64,000 nt of DNA from Candidatus Vogelbacteria bacterium (GCA_016215335.1 JACRKE010000037.1:2924-66923), one strand, 5' to 3'; counted from the stretch's first letter, positions 45,538 to 53,767 are shown. The notes: a model not told the origin generated them from the sequence alone. A program made the numbers and translations.

Positions 45538-45641
45538 ATTTGTTTTAACTGCTCTTAATTCGAGGATAATTTCCTCATGTGTAATCTTTTATCAGAACTG
45601 AATATTTTATGCAACTTTAGCAGAAAGAAAATTGTGGAAAA

Positions 45642-46163
45642 TTATACAAATCTAGACTGAGCCAAACACGTCAGACCAACCGCGATCGCGTCGTACTCGT
45701 CATCATGTTTGATTTGCTTTTCTATTTTAAGAAGTTTGTGGAGCATGTCGGTAACTTGTTTTTTGTCCGCTCTGCCGTAACTCGCGACTGCCAGCTTAAC
45801 TTCATTTGGCGCGAACTCTTTAAAGGTTAGACCATTGGAACTTGCAATATAAGTAACCATGCCTTTGACCTCGGCGACATTGAGAGCTGTCTTCTGGTTT
45901 GCCGCGAAAAAAAGTTTCTCAATCGCGAGTACATTTGGCTTCCATTTTTTTATAACTTTCTCAAGTTCTCGGCCTAATAATAAAAGTCGTTCGTTGAATT
46001 CAATTTTTGGAGTGATTACACAGTCGGAGTAGAGGAGTGAATCTTTTTGGGCTATTCGTTCAAGTACGGCAATCCCCATACGCTCGTAGCCGGGGTCCAC
46101 TGCCAAAACCCGGAGGGTTTTGGGTGAGTGAGTAGTTTGTAGTGAGTAGTTCCTAGTGAGCAC
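45642..46163 (-). CDS. ruvC: Holliday junction resolvase RuvC
   Basis: LAVDPGYERMGIAVLE catalytic-Asp N-terminus and RuvC-like remainder. The annotated N-terminal ~19 aa translate the heptamer repeat array, so the real start is probably the TTG near 46106 (MAVDPGY...). Confidence 0.8.
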   Translation of the reverse strand: MLTRNYSLQTTHSPKTLRVLAVDPGYERMGIAVLERIAQKDSLLYSDCVITPKIEFNERLLLLGRELEKVIKKWKPNVLAIEKLFFAANQKTALNVAEVKGMVTYIASSNGLTFKEFAPNEVKLAVASYGRADKKQVTDMLHKLLKIEKQIKHDDEYDAIAVGLTCLAQSRFV

Positions 46164-46216
46164 GGACTTATTCTACAACCTACAACCTACAACCTACAAC
46201 CTACAACCTACAACCC
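46129..46216. repeat. heptamer tandem array: (NNNTAGT)x4 followed by (CTACAAC)x6
   Basis: Directly visible; lies in the yebC-ruvC spacer and the annotated ruvC 5' end. Confidence 0.85.
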
Positions 46217-46224
46217 GTCTTGGT

Positions 46225-46758
46225 CTATTCTGCCGCACTATGCCAAACGTCCTCAATATCCTCGTGTTCTTCGAGGAGATCCAAAAGTTCTCCAAGTTTT
46301 TCACCGTCTTCAGGCGAGAGAGGTAGTGGCGAGTTTGGCACCCATTCACCTCCGACTTTTGTAAATGCCCATGTGGTCGAACCCGAACCACCGAGCGAGC
46401 CTCCGTGTTCACTAAGCAGATGCTTTATTTCCGCATTTGTTCGATTTTTGCTGTCTGTGATACCGGTGATAATAATAGCGACACCTCCGGGTCCGTAAGC
46501 TTCGTACATTACTTCGGTTATTGATTCGCTTCCGGCACCCATGCCTTTCTGTATGGCGCGTTCGATATTGTCGTTTGGGAAATTAGACGCTTTCGCTTTT
46601 TCAATTACAGCACGAAGGCGAGGTGAGTTCCTATCGCCTTTTGCAGCTTTCGATTCCATGGCAATCTGTTTTGCAAAAACCGAAAAGATTTTGCTCTTTT
46701 TGGCGTCCTCGGCACCCTTCTTGTGCTTGATCTTTGACCATTTATTGTGACCTGACAT
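46225..46758 (-). CDS. yebC: YebC/PmpR-family transcriptional regulator (short)
   Basis: Characteristic N-terminus MSGHNKWSKIKHKKGAEDAKKSKIF; 177 aa versus ~240 typical. Confidence 0.75.
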   Translation of the reverse strand: MSGHNKWSKIKHKKGAEDAKKSKIFSVFAKQIAMESKAAKGDRNSPRLRAVIEKAKASNFPNDNIERAIQKGMGAGSESITEVMYEAYGPGGVAIIITGITDSKNRTNAEIKHLLSEHGGSLGGSGSTTWAFTKVGGEWVPNSPLPLSPEDGEKLGELLDLLEEHEDIEDVWHSAAE

Positions 46759-46874
46759 GGTTTGTATATGGTATATAGTACATAGTATATAGGAAAACTC
46801 AATATTTTATTCAGCGAGGATTAATGGGTTGGAGTTCACTATATACTATGTACAATTTACTATATACTTTCCCC

Positions 46875-47921
46875 CTATATACCCATCCGAGTTTGTTTGT
46901 CATCAGGTGCTGGAAATCCAAGATGCTCGTATCCCTTCGACGTCGCCACTCGTCCTCTCGGCGTGCGCTCGATCATTCCTTGTTGGAGTAGAAATGGTTC
47001 GTACACATCTTCAATAGTTGCTTCTTCTTCTGATGTTGCAGCTGCAAGAGTGCTGACTCCCACGGGGCCACCGTTGAACTTTTCAATAAGTACTGAAAGT
47101 ATCCTTCTGTCAGACGCAGTCAGTCCAAGCTCATCCACTTCGAGCATATTGAGCGCTTCTTTTACCGTCTTTTTGTCTAGTTTTATTTTGTGTACTTGTG
47201 CATAGTCGCGACAGCGTTTTAGAAACTGGTTTGCAATGCGCGGAGTACAACGACTGCGAGCCGCGATCTCTTTACATGCATCGTTTTCAGTATCAACACT
47301 TAAAATTTCTGCAGAACGCCTTATGATTTTCTCTACTTCATCCGGAGAATAAAACTCCATGCGAAAAGTTCCTCCGGAAAAACGTGAACGAAGCGGGGAA
47401 GAGAGTAGAGCCATGCGTGTGGTGGCGGCAATTAGAGTAAACGGCGGAAGTTCGAGCTGGATTGTGCGCGCTGATGGACCTTTGCCAATAATAATATTGA
47501 GTACGCCTGACTCCATGGCCGGGTAAAGTACTTCTTCTATGGTTTTGTTTAATCGATGTATCTCGTCAATGAAAAGTATGTCTCCAGCCTGTAGGTTCGT
47601 AAGGATCGATGCAAGGTCTCCGACTTTTTCTACGGCAGGACCGGAAGTTACCTTCATTTGAGCGGAAAGTTCTTTGGCAATTAGATGCGCGAGGGTTGTT
47701 TTGCCAAGTCCGGGCGGGCCATAGAACAAAAGATGTTCCGGCGGGTGGCCGCGTTCACGCGCCGCCTGCAGAAGAATTTTCAAATTATTTTTGATGTTTT
47801 CTTGCCCGACGTACTCTTCCCAAACGGCGGGTCTAAGCGCGCTATCAAGAAAGCGATCATCCATCTGACCTTGGTTTTTCTCTTTGCTAGAGCCGTTTTT
47901 TGGCGCGCTACTGCTTGACAT
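46875..47921 (-). CDS. ruvB: Holliday junction branch-migration ATPase RuvB
   Basis: LLFYGPPGLGKTTLAHLIA Walker A, DEIHRL Walker B, sensor motifs, winged-helix C-terminus. Confidence 0.9.
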   Translation of the reverse strand: MSSSSAPKNGSSKEKNQGQMDDRFLDSALRPAVWEEYVGQENIKNNLKILLQAARERGHPPEHLLFYGPPGLGKTTLAHLIAKELSAQMKVTSGPAVEKVGDLASILTNLQAGDILFIDEIHRLNKTIEEVLYPAMESGVLNIIIGKGPSARTIQLELPPFTLIAATTRMALLSSPLRSRFSGGTFRMEFYSPDEVEKIIRRSAEILSVDTENDACKEIAARSRCTPRIANQFLKRCRDYAQVHKIKLDKKTVKEALNMLEVDELGLTASDRRILSVLIEKFNGGPVGVSTLAAATSEEEATIEDVYEPFLLQQGMIERTPRGRVATSKGYEHLGFPAPDDKQTRMGI

Positions 47922-48279
47922 GTAAATTTTATTATGCTATTCTCGAACCAGTAACATTTATGCTCCAGAGTCTGAATCTCTAGGCGATTGAGTTTTACCG
48001 CTCACGGGTTTTGCTCTAAGGACGTTTCGGTTTCCACGCTTGTTCGCGGAAGTGCTTGGACTATCCTTAAGTTTCAACCTAACTCTTCTGTCTTTGGCAG
48101 AGGAGGAATCGCCTAGAGATTTAAATTCTCGAGTTTCCGCCATCTGGCGGATTGTAAAAAAGAACTCTTGTCCCGTTAGAGACAGTTTCCCATTATGGCC
48201 TTAGAAACGAGGTCTCAAATGGGGGCTTCTCCCACCCTAGCACTTAACTCTGTGGAAGCAAGTGGATACTAGTTCATTG
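47922..48279. other. 358-bp gene-free segment with long-range complementarity (candidate structured ncRNA, unidentified)
   Basis: 15-bp inverted repeat AATCTCTAGGCGATT 47977-47991 / AATCGCCTAGAGATT 48108-48122; hairpin CCGCCATCTGGCGG 48138-48151; no ORF with a convincing start. Confidence 0.25.
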
Positions 48280-49980
48280 CTATTTTCCAACTCCGTACAA
48301 ATCGACCACGCGGTCGAGTTCTTCAACTGATGTTATCCCTTTGAGCACTTTAAGCACTCCGTCTTGGCGCATATCGAGAATGCCTTGAGGTCTTGCCGCT
48401 ACAACAATGTCACGTTCGCTCGGGTTGTTTATAATTGCTGTCTCGACAGCTTTGTTAGAAATAATGGCTTCAAAGAGCCCAATGCGCCCTTTGTAGCCAA
48501 TGCCGTGACACGCCCCGCAAGTTTTACCATCCGCCGGCGGCACCCAAACTTTTTCAACAGTTGGAATTTTCTCCCCGGTTTCCGGCGCGATGCCTGAAAG
48601 AATTGTTTGGATAATTTTCCACTGATCAGCTGATGGTGCGACAGCGACTTTGCAAGTTTGGCAGAGGCGGCGAACCAGACGTTGCGCGATCGAGATACTA
48701 ATGGCTGAAGTAATAACTTTCGGGTTCACGCCAAGGTCAATGAGGCGGGGATAGGAGCCGGCTGCGTCGTTCGTGTGAAGTGTCGAGAACACCAAGTGTC
48801 CGGTAAGCGAGGAGTTTATAGCAATCTTCGCTGTCTCAGTGTCTCTGATTTCGCCAATCATAATTACGTCAGGATCTTGACGCAGTACCGAGCGGAGCCC
48901 TTCGAGGAATGTGTAGCCTTTCTCGTCATTCACCTGCGTCTGTTCGATACCTTTCACGTGGTATTCGATCGGGTCTTCGATTGTAATTATCTTTATCGCA
49001 GGGTCGTTGATTTTTTTCAGGCAGGCGTAGAGCGTTGTTGACTTACCGGATCCCGTTGGTCCTGTCACCAGCACCATGCCATTAGGCTTCAAAATTTCCT
49101 TGTTTAAAATGTCTAGGAGTTTGGAACCGAAGCCCATGTCTTCGAGCGCGATATTGAGTGACGCTGGGTTTAGAATACGGAGCACTATAGATTCTCCGTA
49201 CCCTCCCGGAAGTACGGAAGTACGGATTTCAAAGCTGTCGCTGTCTAAGTTTATTGTCAAACGTCCATCTTGAGCACTCTGCTTAACGTTAAGTTTCAAA
49301 CCGGAAATCAGCTTTACGCGTGAAAGCAACAGTAGATATATTTCCTTTTTGAAATCAGAAATGTCGTGGAGCACGCCGTCCAAACGAAAACGCAAACGCA
49401 CGGTCGTCTCTTGCGGTTCGAAGTGAATATCAGAGGAGTTCACCGCAATCGCACCGGCTAATATAATTTCCAAGATTTTTGAAATTCCTTGCCCCTGCTC
49501 TTTTTCAGAACCGACTATCTCTTCTATGTGTTCCTGTAAGTCTACAACGGTATGAATCTTGTCCATGAAATATTTCAGGTGTTCTGAAGATATCTCAATG
49601 AGGCCCGCCTTGGTGCTTAAAGCGTCAGACACTTCCTTGTACCTATCCCATGCTCGTTTTAGGCTCGCTGGGGACACCATGTACATAGTAACTTTGTAAT
49701 GGTCTCGGCTAAGGTCTTCAAGAATGCCGGGGATAAGTTCTCCGTGAGGCGATAATACTGCGAGGCTTAACTCTTTGCCTTGAAGTTGAAATGCTGCCAC
49801 TTCCGAGCGTCGTGCGAGTTCTTCGTCGATGACTTTAAGCGCGTCGGTATTTATGGAAGTCCTTGAGAGATCAGCATAGATAAGCTTGTATCTGGCAGCG
49901 AGGATCTGTGCCAGCTCCTCGGCCTCTTTGAGCTTGAGATCGTCTATTTTTTTTGTATTCAGTGTGTCGTCGAATGGCAT
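48280..49980 (-). CDS. pilB: type IV pilus / type II secretion assembly ATPase (PilB/GspE family)
   Basis: Walker A LVTGPTGSGKSTTL, GEIRD, tetracysteine motif (CQTC...CGAC). Start taken as the ATG at 49980 (MPFDDT...) directly after the conserved upstream motif; residues upstream of it in the track ORF translate that motif. Confidence 0.85.
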   Translation of the reverse strand: MPFDDTLNTKKIDDLKLKEAEELAQILAARYKLIYADLSRTSINTDALKVIDEELARRSEVAAFQLQGKELSLAVLSPHGELIPGILEDLSRDHYKVTMYMVSPASLKRAWDRYKEVSDALSTKAGLIEISSEHLKYFMDKIHTVVDLQEHIEEIVGSEKEQGQGISKILEIILAGAIAVNSSDIHFEPQETTVRLRFRLDGVLHDISDFKKEIYLLLLSRVKLISGLKLNVKQSAQDGRLTINLDSDSFEIRTSVLPGGYGESIVLRILNPASLNIALEDMGFGSKLLDILNKEILKPNGMVLVTGPTGSGKSTTLYACLKKINDPAIKIITIEDPIEYHVKGIEQTQVNDEKGYTFLEGLRSVLRQDPDVIMIGEIRDTETAKIAINSSLTGHLVFSTLHTNDAAGSYPRLIDLGVNPKVITSAISISIAQRLVRRLCQTCKVAVAPSADQWKIIQTILSGIAPETGEKIPTVEKVWVPPADGKTCGACHGIGYKGRIGLFEAIISNKAVETAIINNPSERDIVVAARPQGILDMRQDGVLKVLKGITSVEELDRVVDLYGVGK

Positions 49981-50020
49981 ACGAATTAGTATATAGTAAA
50001 TAGCATATGGTATGTAGGGG
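49981..50020 (-). promoter_or_regulatory. same upstream motif before pilB
   Basis: rc reads TTCCCCTACATACCATATGCTATTTACTATATACTAATTCGT-ATG. Confidence 0.5.
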
Positions 50021-50036
50021 AATACACACATGTCAG

Positions 50037-50150
50037 GAATTTTCAACTTACAATTTTGCAGTTTTCAATAAATTTTTAATTTTCAAATCTTGAATTGCGC
50101 GTGGTTTTATAACTTTACGCTGAAAATTGAAAATCGAGCCTTGAAAATTT
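50037..50150. promoter_or_regulatory. cluster of three direct and three inverted copies of ATTTTCAA in the pilB / 50223 divergent promoter region
   Basis: gaattttcaa 50037-46, gttttcaa 50061-68, aattttcaa 50078-86; inverted tgaaaattgaaaat 50121-34 and ttgaaaattt 50141-50; TTGACA-N17-TAGCAT about 50 nt upstream of 50223. Confidence 0.4.
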
Positions 50151-50222
50151 GCTCGGGACTTGTCCATTGACAGAGTACCTAAAAAAAGGTAGCATATAAC
50201 GTTTTAATTTAACACAAATTAT

Positions 50223-51035
50223 ATGCCCCAAAAATACAAACTTTTAAGTTTCGTAACAGCAGTTTTGATGCTTGTTTCCTTCGTGCGCGTAGCAGAGGCC
50301 GGAACACCTGCTTGTGGAACGTATGATCCTTCGTATGGTTACGGAGATTGCTCTACTAATCCCTCGACCGTTACCGGTACAAATAATGCAGGAATCAATA
50401 ACACTAATCGTACCGTTACCTACGACAATACCTACTACAACAATTCAAGTAACGTAATAGGAAATTTGCCTTGGGGCACGAGCAATAGTTCGTCTAATAC
50501 TACAAACACGGTATATACTCCATCAAACTATACGACTGTTACGTATTCACCAGCTCCAGCCTATGCCCCAGTAGCGAATTACGGTACTCCTAATTATGCG
50601 CCTTCTTACGGCAATATTCCTTACGGCGGGTATATGCCAACCTACAATTATGCTCCAAGTTATAACGACGGATACGGCTATAACTACGGGTACAACAATC
50701 ATAACTACTCAAACAATTCGGGCGGTAGCGACGCGCTGGATTGGATCTACGCGATTGGTTCACTTGCGAATATTTTCGGAGGTGGCAATTCGGGATATGG
50801 CGGAGGTTATGGTGGCTATGATGATTACGGTTATGGAGGCGGTTACGATGATTATGCCTACAACGGTGGTTATGATTATAATGACAGCTATTACGGTGGC
50901 TATGATGATTACGGTTATGGTGGCGGTTCAAGCTGGGATAACTATACAACGGACTATGGCACCTCTTGGAACTATGGCGGGGGATCGTCCTGGGATGACT
51001 ATACAACGGACTACGGCACTGGCTGGAACTACTAA
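50223..51035 (+). CDS. secreted Tyr/Gly/Asn-rich low-complexity repeat protein
   Basis: Signal peptide (LLSFVTAVLMLVSFVRVAEA); repeats YGYGGGYDDY and SWDDYTTDYGT. Confidence 0.45.
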   Translation: MPQKYKLLSFVTAVLMLVSFVRVAEAGTPACGTYDPSYGYGDCSTNPSTVTGTNNAGINNTNRTVTYDNTYYNNSSNVIGNLPWGTSNSSSNTTNTVYTPSNYTTVTYSPAPAYAPVANYGTPNYAPSYGNIPYGGYMPTYNYAPSYNDGYGYNYGYNNHNYSNNSGGSDALDWIYAIGSLANIFGGGNSGYGGGYGGYDDYGYGGGYDDYAYNGGYDYNDSYYGGYDDYGYGGGSSWDNYTTDYGTSWNYGGGSSWDDYTTDYGTGWNY

Positions 51036-51086
51036 ATAAATTGCGACACGATGGGTATTGACATAGTATTACTGGTGTGGTAGGGT

Positions 51087-51902
51087 ATGATTATGAAAAA
51101 TATATACATCAAAATAGCCTTATTTGTAAGCATAATTCTCGCACCCGTGGTTTCTTCGGCGAGCAATATGCTTGATCCATATCCGATAAACGCGAATGAC
51201 AATCGTTCTGTTTATAACGCATCAGTAACAACATCTCTTGCACTTGCAGGGCGTAATCAAAATCAGGTTTATACAACCATACCCGCAGTTACTCAACCCG
51301 CGCAAGTTACAATACCGGCTCAGACAATGTACACTACGAATACAGTACAAAATACAACACAGCCCGCAGCAGTTTATACTAATTACAGTAATCTATCAGC
51401 AAATTCAGGTATTCAAACTTATGTAGGCGTAGGAACAAATAACAATAGTTACGCGAACAACAATTACACTGTCGCACAGACAGCACAGCCTGTTTACGCA
51501 AACTACACAAACATTACACAGCCGAACACTGCTTCAAACAGTTGGACGTACAACCTTCCAAATCAGTCACTTGTGCCTGCATCAGTGGCGGGGAATCAGT
51601 ACGCTTTTTCTAATCAGAATCTCGTCGCCATGGATACGAGCTATAAATATAGTTACGCAAATTCTCTCCCAAGTTATTACGGAGCAGGTGCGACGAGTGG
51701 TGTGTACACAGTGTACGGAGGACAGAACTACGATGCCTCGAACATTTACAACAGGGGCTTAGCTCTCGCTACCGGCACAACTCACAATACAAACAGACCG
51801 AATATGTCAGGAGTATCATCGGGCGATTGGGTCCAAACCTCCGGGCTAGCAAACTCCAATCAGTATTCGAACAGGAGAGTGTCAGGGCATTTGCCTTGGT
51901 AA
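51087..51902 (+). CDS. secreted Asn/Thr/Gln/Tyr-rich low-complexity protein
   Basis: Signal peptide (IALFVSIILAPVVSSA); NYT / QPA-type repeats. Confidence 0.45.
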   Translation: MIMKNIYIKIALFVSIILAPVVSSASNMLDPYPINANDNRSVYNASVTTSLALAGRNQNQVYTTIPAVTQPAQVTIPAQTMYTTNTVQNTTQPAAVYTNYSNLSANSGIQTYVGVGTNNNSYANNNYTVAQTAQPVYANYTNITQPNTASNSWTYNLPNQSLVPASVAGNQYAFSNQNLVAMDTSYKYSYANSLPSYYGAGATSGVYTVYGGQNYDASNIYNRGLALATGTTHNTNRPNMSGVSSGDWVQTSGLANSNQYSNRRVSGHLPW

Positions 51903-52118
51903 AAGACTCCACTCGCACCCTTTTCTGGGTACGGATATTTTCTTGCTAGAAAATTCCTCGTGCTCGCGCCGTCGCGCTCCCAAGTCCCAGAAAAGGGTGC
52001 GAGTTCCGTCATTGCTTATTTCAAAACATCAAAAAACTGTCTTCTGGGCAGTTTTTTGATGTTTTGAAATGGGCTTATCCACATCTAAAACTTGCAAATA
52101 GACAGGGGGGTTTGTTGC

Positions 52119-52148
52119 TTGACAGTTGTCAGCTAAATGTTATACAAT
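52119..52148 (+). promoter_or_regulatory. consensus sigma70-type promoter (TTGACA-N16-TATACAAT) with an operator-like palindrome TGACAGTTGTCA over the -35
   Basis: Read directly; 68 nt upstream of the SD/ATG of the GC-rich island gene. Confidence 0.5.
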
Positions 52149-52215
52149 AGGCTTGGAAAACTAACTAATTTTGGCCGATGAAACGGCCACGACATCGAGC
52201 TCTAGGAGGGCCACG

Positions 52216-53367
52216 ATGAAGTATCTTGAGAACCTTTTCAAACTATTTGTTCTGGTTTGTATTTCCGTGAGTTCGGCTGGTGCGGATTGCCATCCGGGCC
52301 ATGTTGGCAGTGCGGGCTCGACGTCTTCGACATCGAGCCCGAGGATCGTATCCGCCGCGAAACATAAAGCGGCGCGCCAACACAGGTCGGCCCCGAGATC
52401 GCGGGTGACGGAGGCGCCCGTGGAAGCCCCTGAAGCTGTTATGCACCGCTTCTCTCGGACAAGTTTCCACGTCAGAGACGAGTCGAGTGCTGGCACCGCG
52501 GCTCGCATGATTCGCGACTGGCTTGCGGGCAAGAGCTCGTCGAGTCCAATGCGGGCGGGTGTGACTCGTGAAGAGTACGCTGAAGCGCTCGGCTGCTCTT
52601 CGCCCGAAGAGGCAGCGCAGAAGGTGGCTGGCATGCACCTATACCACGTTGACATAACTATTACCCAGGATCTTTTCGAAATGGCCTACTTGGCCGCAGA
52701 CGAGAGGGTCCACTGGGCAAGTTATCGGTCAATGCCGGAGGGGACGTGGGCCTTGTTCGACAAGGAGTCGTCCATCGGGATTGACCTTGGCGACGAGCAC
52801 GACCCAAAGCGAGGGGGGTGCTTCAACCCTTTCCGGTTCCATCCGGAGGAGGTCGAGCATCAGGAACCGCCACCTGAGCACATGCACGTCGCCAAGGGCA
52901 ACATGCCGACTCAGTGTCGGCAGCGATGCTCGGAGGGCTTCATGTCTGCTCCGCCACGCCGGGTGCAGATTCGAGAAGCTCGACCACGCTACGCATCGGC
53001 GACCTATCGGCAGCCGCCTCCAAGGTTCGTGATGCGGCCGCAGTTCAAGCGGCGGCAGTTCAGGCAGTACAGGCCGCATCAGTACCGCGGTCCGCACTTC
53101 CGCCAGGCGCCGCCGCAGATGGTGCGTACGCGCCGTGGTCCGCCCCAGCCGGGACCTCAATGGCGCGGCGTTCCACGAAGTCCGGTCTATATTCCACCCC
53201 AGGCTCGTGGCGGACCGATGAACCCCTACAGCCAGCCGTTCAATCCGGTACCCCGGTCTGGCGGTGGACCGACGAACCCTTACGGTCAGCCATTCCAAGG
53301 TCTGTCTCGAGGTGGTGGGCCGGCGAGTCCTGGCGGAGGGTTCAACCCTCTGCCACGGAACTACTAG
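52216..53367 (+). CDS. exported Pro/Arg/Gln/Gly-rich protein encoded in a GC-rich island
   Basis: First in-frame ATG, preceded by AGGAGG at 52204-52209; signal peptide (LFKLFVLVCISVSSAGA); C-terminal third consists of RGGPxNPYxQPF-type repeats; local GC far above window average. Confidence 0.45.
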   Translation: MKYLENLFKLFVLVCISVSSAGADCHPGHVGSAGSTSSTSSPRIVSAAKHKAARQHRSAPRSRVTEAPVEAPEAVMHRFSRTSFHVRDESSAGTAARMIRDWLAGKSSSSPMRAGVTREEYAEALGCSSPEEAAQKVAGMHLYHVDITITQDLFEMAYLAADERVHWASYRSMPEGTWALFDKESSIGIDLGDEHDPKRGGCFNPFRFHPEEVEHQEPPPEHMHVAKGNMPTQCRQRCSEGFMSAPPRRVQIREARPRYASATYRQPPPRFVMRPQFKRRQFRQYRPHQYRGPHFRQAPPQMVRTRRGPPQPGPQWRGVPRSPVYIPPQARGGPMNPYSQPFNPVPRSGGGPTNPYGQPFQGLSRGGGPASPGGGFNPLPRNY

Positions 53368-53405
53368 AGAACCAGAACAAGAAGTACCCGAACTATCCCA
53401 AAACA

Positions 53406-53443
53406 AGAAGCCTTGCTTCCTAATGCATTTGGAAGCAAGGCTT
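53406..53443 (+). terminator. strong hairpin after the GC-island gene
   Basis: gaagccttgcttcc-taatgcattt-ggaagcaaggcttc, 14-bp perfect stem, then aaagcctgttt. Confidence 0.5.
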
Positions 53444-53767
53444 CAAAGCCTGTTTGGCGGATAGTCCGGGCCAAACCCAAGGGCGGCGAGCACTTGCTCG
53501 CGGGTTTCAGTGGAAGGAGGACGATATGACAGCGAGAGAGCGCATGTCCCGCCCGACTTCCACTCTCTCATTAAGTTGTTGACTAAGGCTTAAAGTAAGC
53601 ATAGCCTAGTCGAGAACTTATAAGAGAATTCAACAGGACATATACAATTTCGTCTTTACGAAGCAATCGGGCCATGGCGGTCCATGGGTCTCAATTGCTT
53701 CGCGTTAGCTCGCAAAGACGTCCAAATTGTGAATCCTTCGAGCATATTAATGAGTAATTTAAACATT

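Noticed and set aside
45314-45601. Plus-strand 95-aa ORF overlapping the acidic minus-strand ORF 45271..45537
   Set aside because: Ser-rich low-complexity translation of the antisense strand. The minus-strand ORF has a clean ATG and a coherent acidic composition, though it is itself low confidence.
46129-46216. Possibility that the heptamer arrays (and the (GTATATA)x5 array at 37459-37493) are CRISPR arrays
   Set aside because: Unit length is 7 nt with no spacers. There are no cas genes. CRISPR repeats are 23-50 nt with unique spacers.
47922-48279. Assignment of the pilB-ruvB spacer as tmRNA, RNase P RNA or SRP RNA
   Set aside because: Could not find the tRNA-like 5'/3' ends and tag ORF of tmRNA, the GGAAAGUCCGGGC / GUAAGAGCGCACC cores of RNase P, or the SRP domain IV motif by eye. 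Kept only as an unclassified ncRNA candidate.
50590-51039. Overlapping ORFs 50590..51006 (-) and 50596..51039 (+) within the Tyr/Gly-rich gene
   Set aside because: Alternative-frame translations of a low-complexity repeat region. The frame with the signal peptide (50223..51035) is the coherent one.
52161-53406. Minus-strand ORFs 52161..52655, 52243..52638 and 52729..53406, and plus-strand ORFs 52781..53032 and 52914..53423, inside the GC-rich island
   Set aside because: High GC suppresses stop codons in all frames. The antisense products are Arg-rich nonsense. Only the plus-strand frame has a promoter, SD, ATG and signal peptide.
53526-53582. SD-led 18-codon mini-ORF (MTARERMSRPTSTLSLSC) after the GC-island gene
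   Set aside because: Too short to support as a gene from sequence alone. Noted only as part of the island's unusual SD usage.
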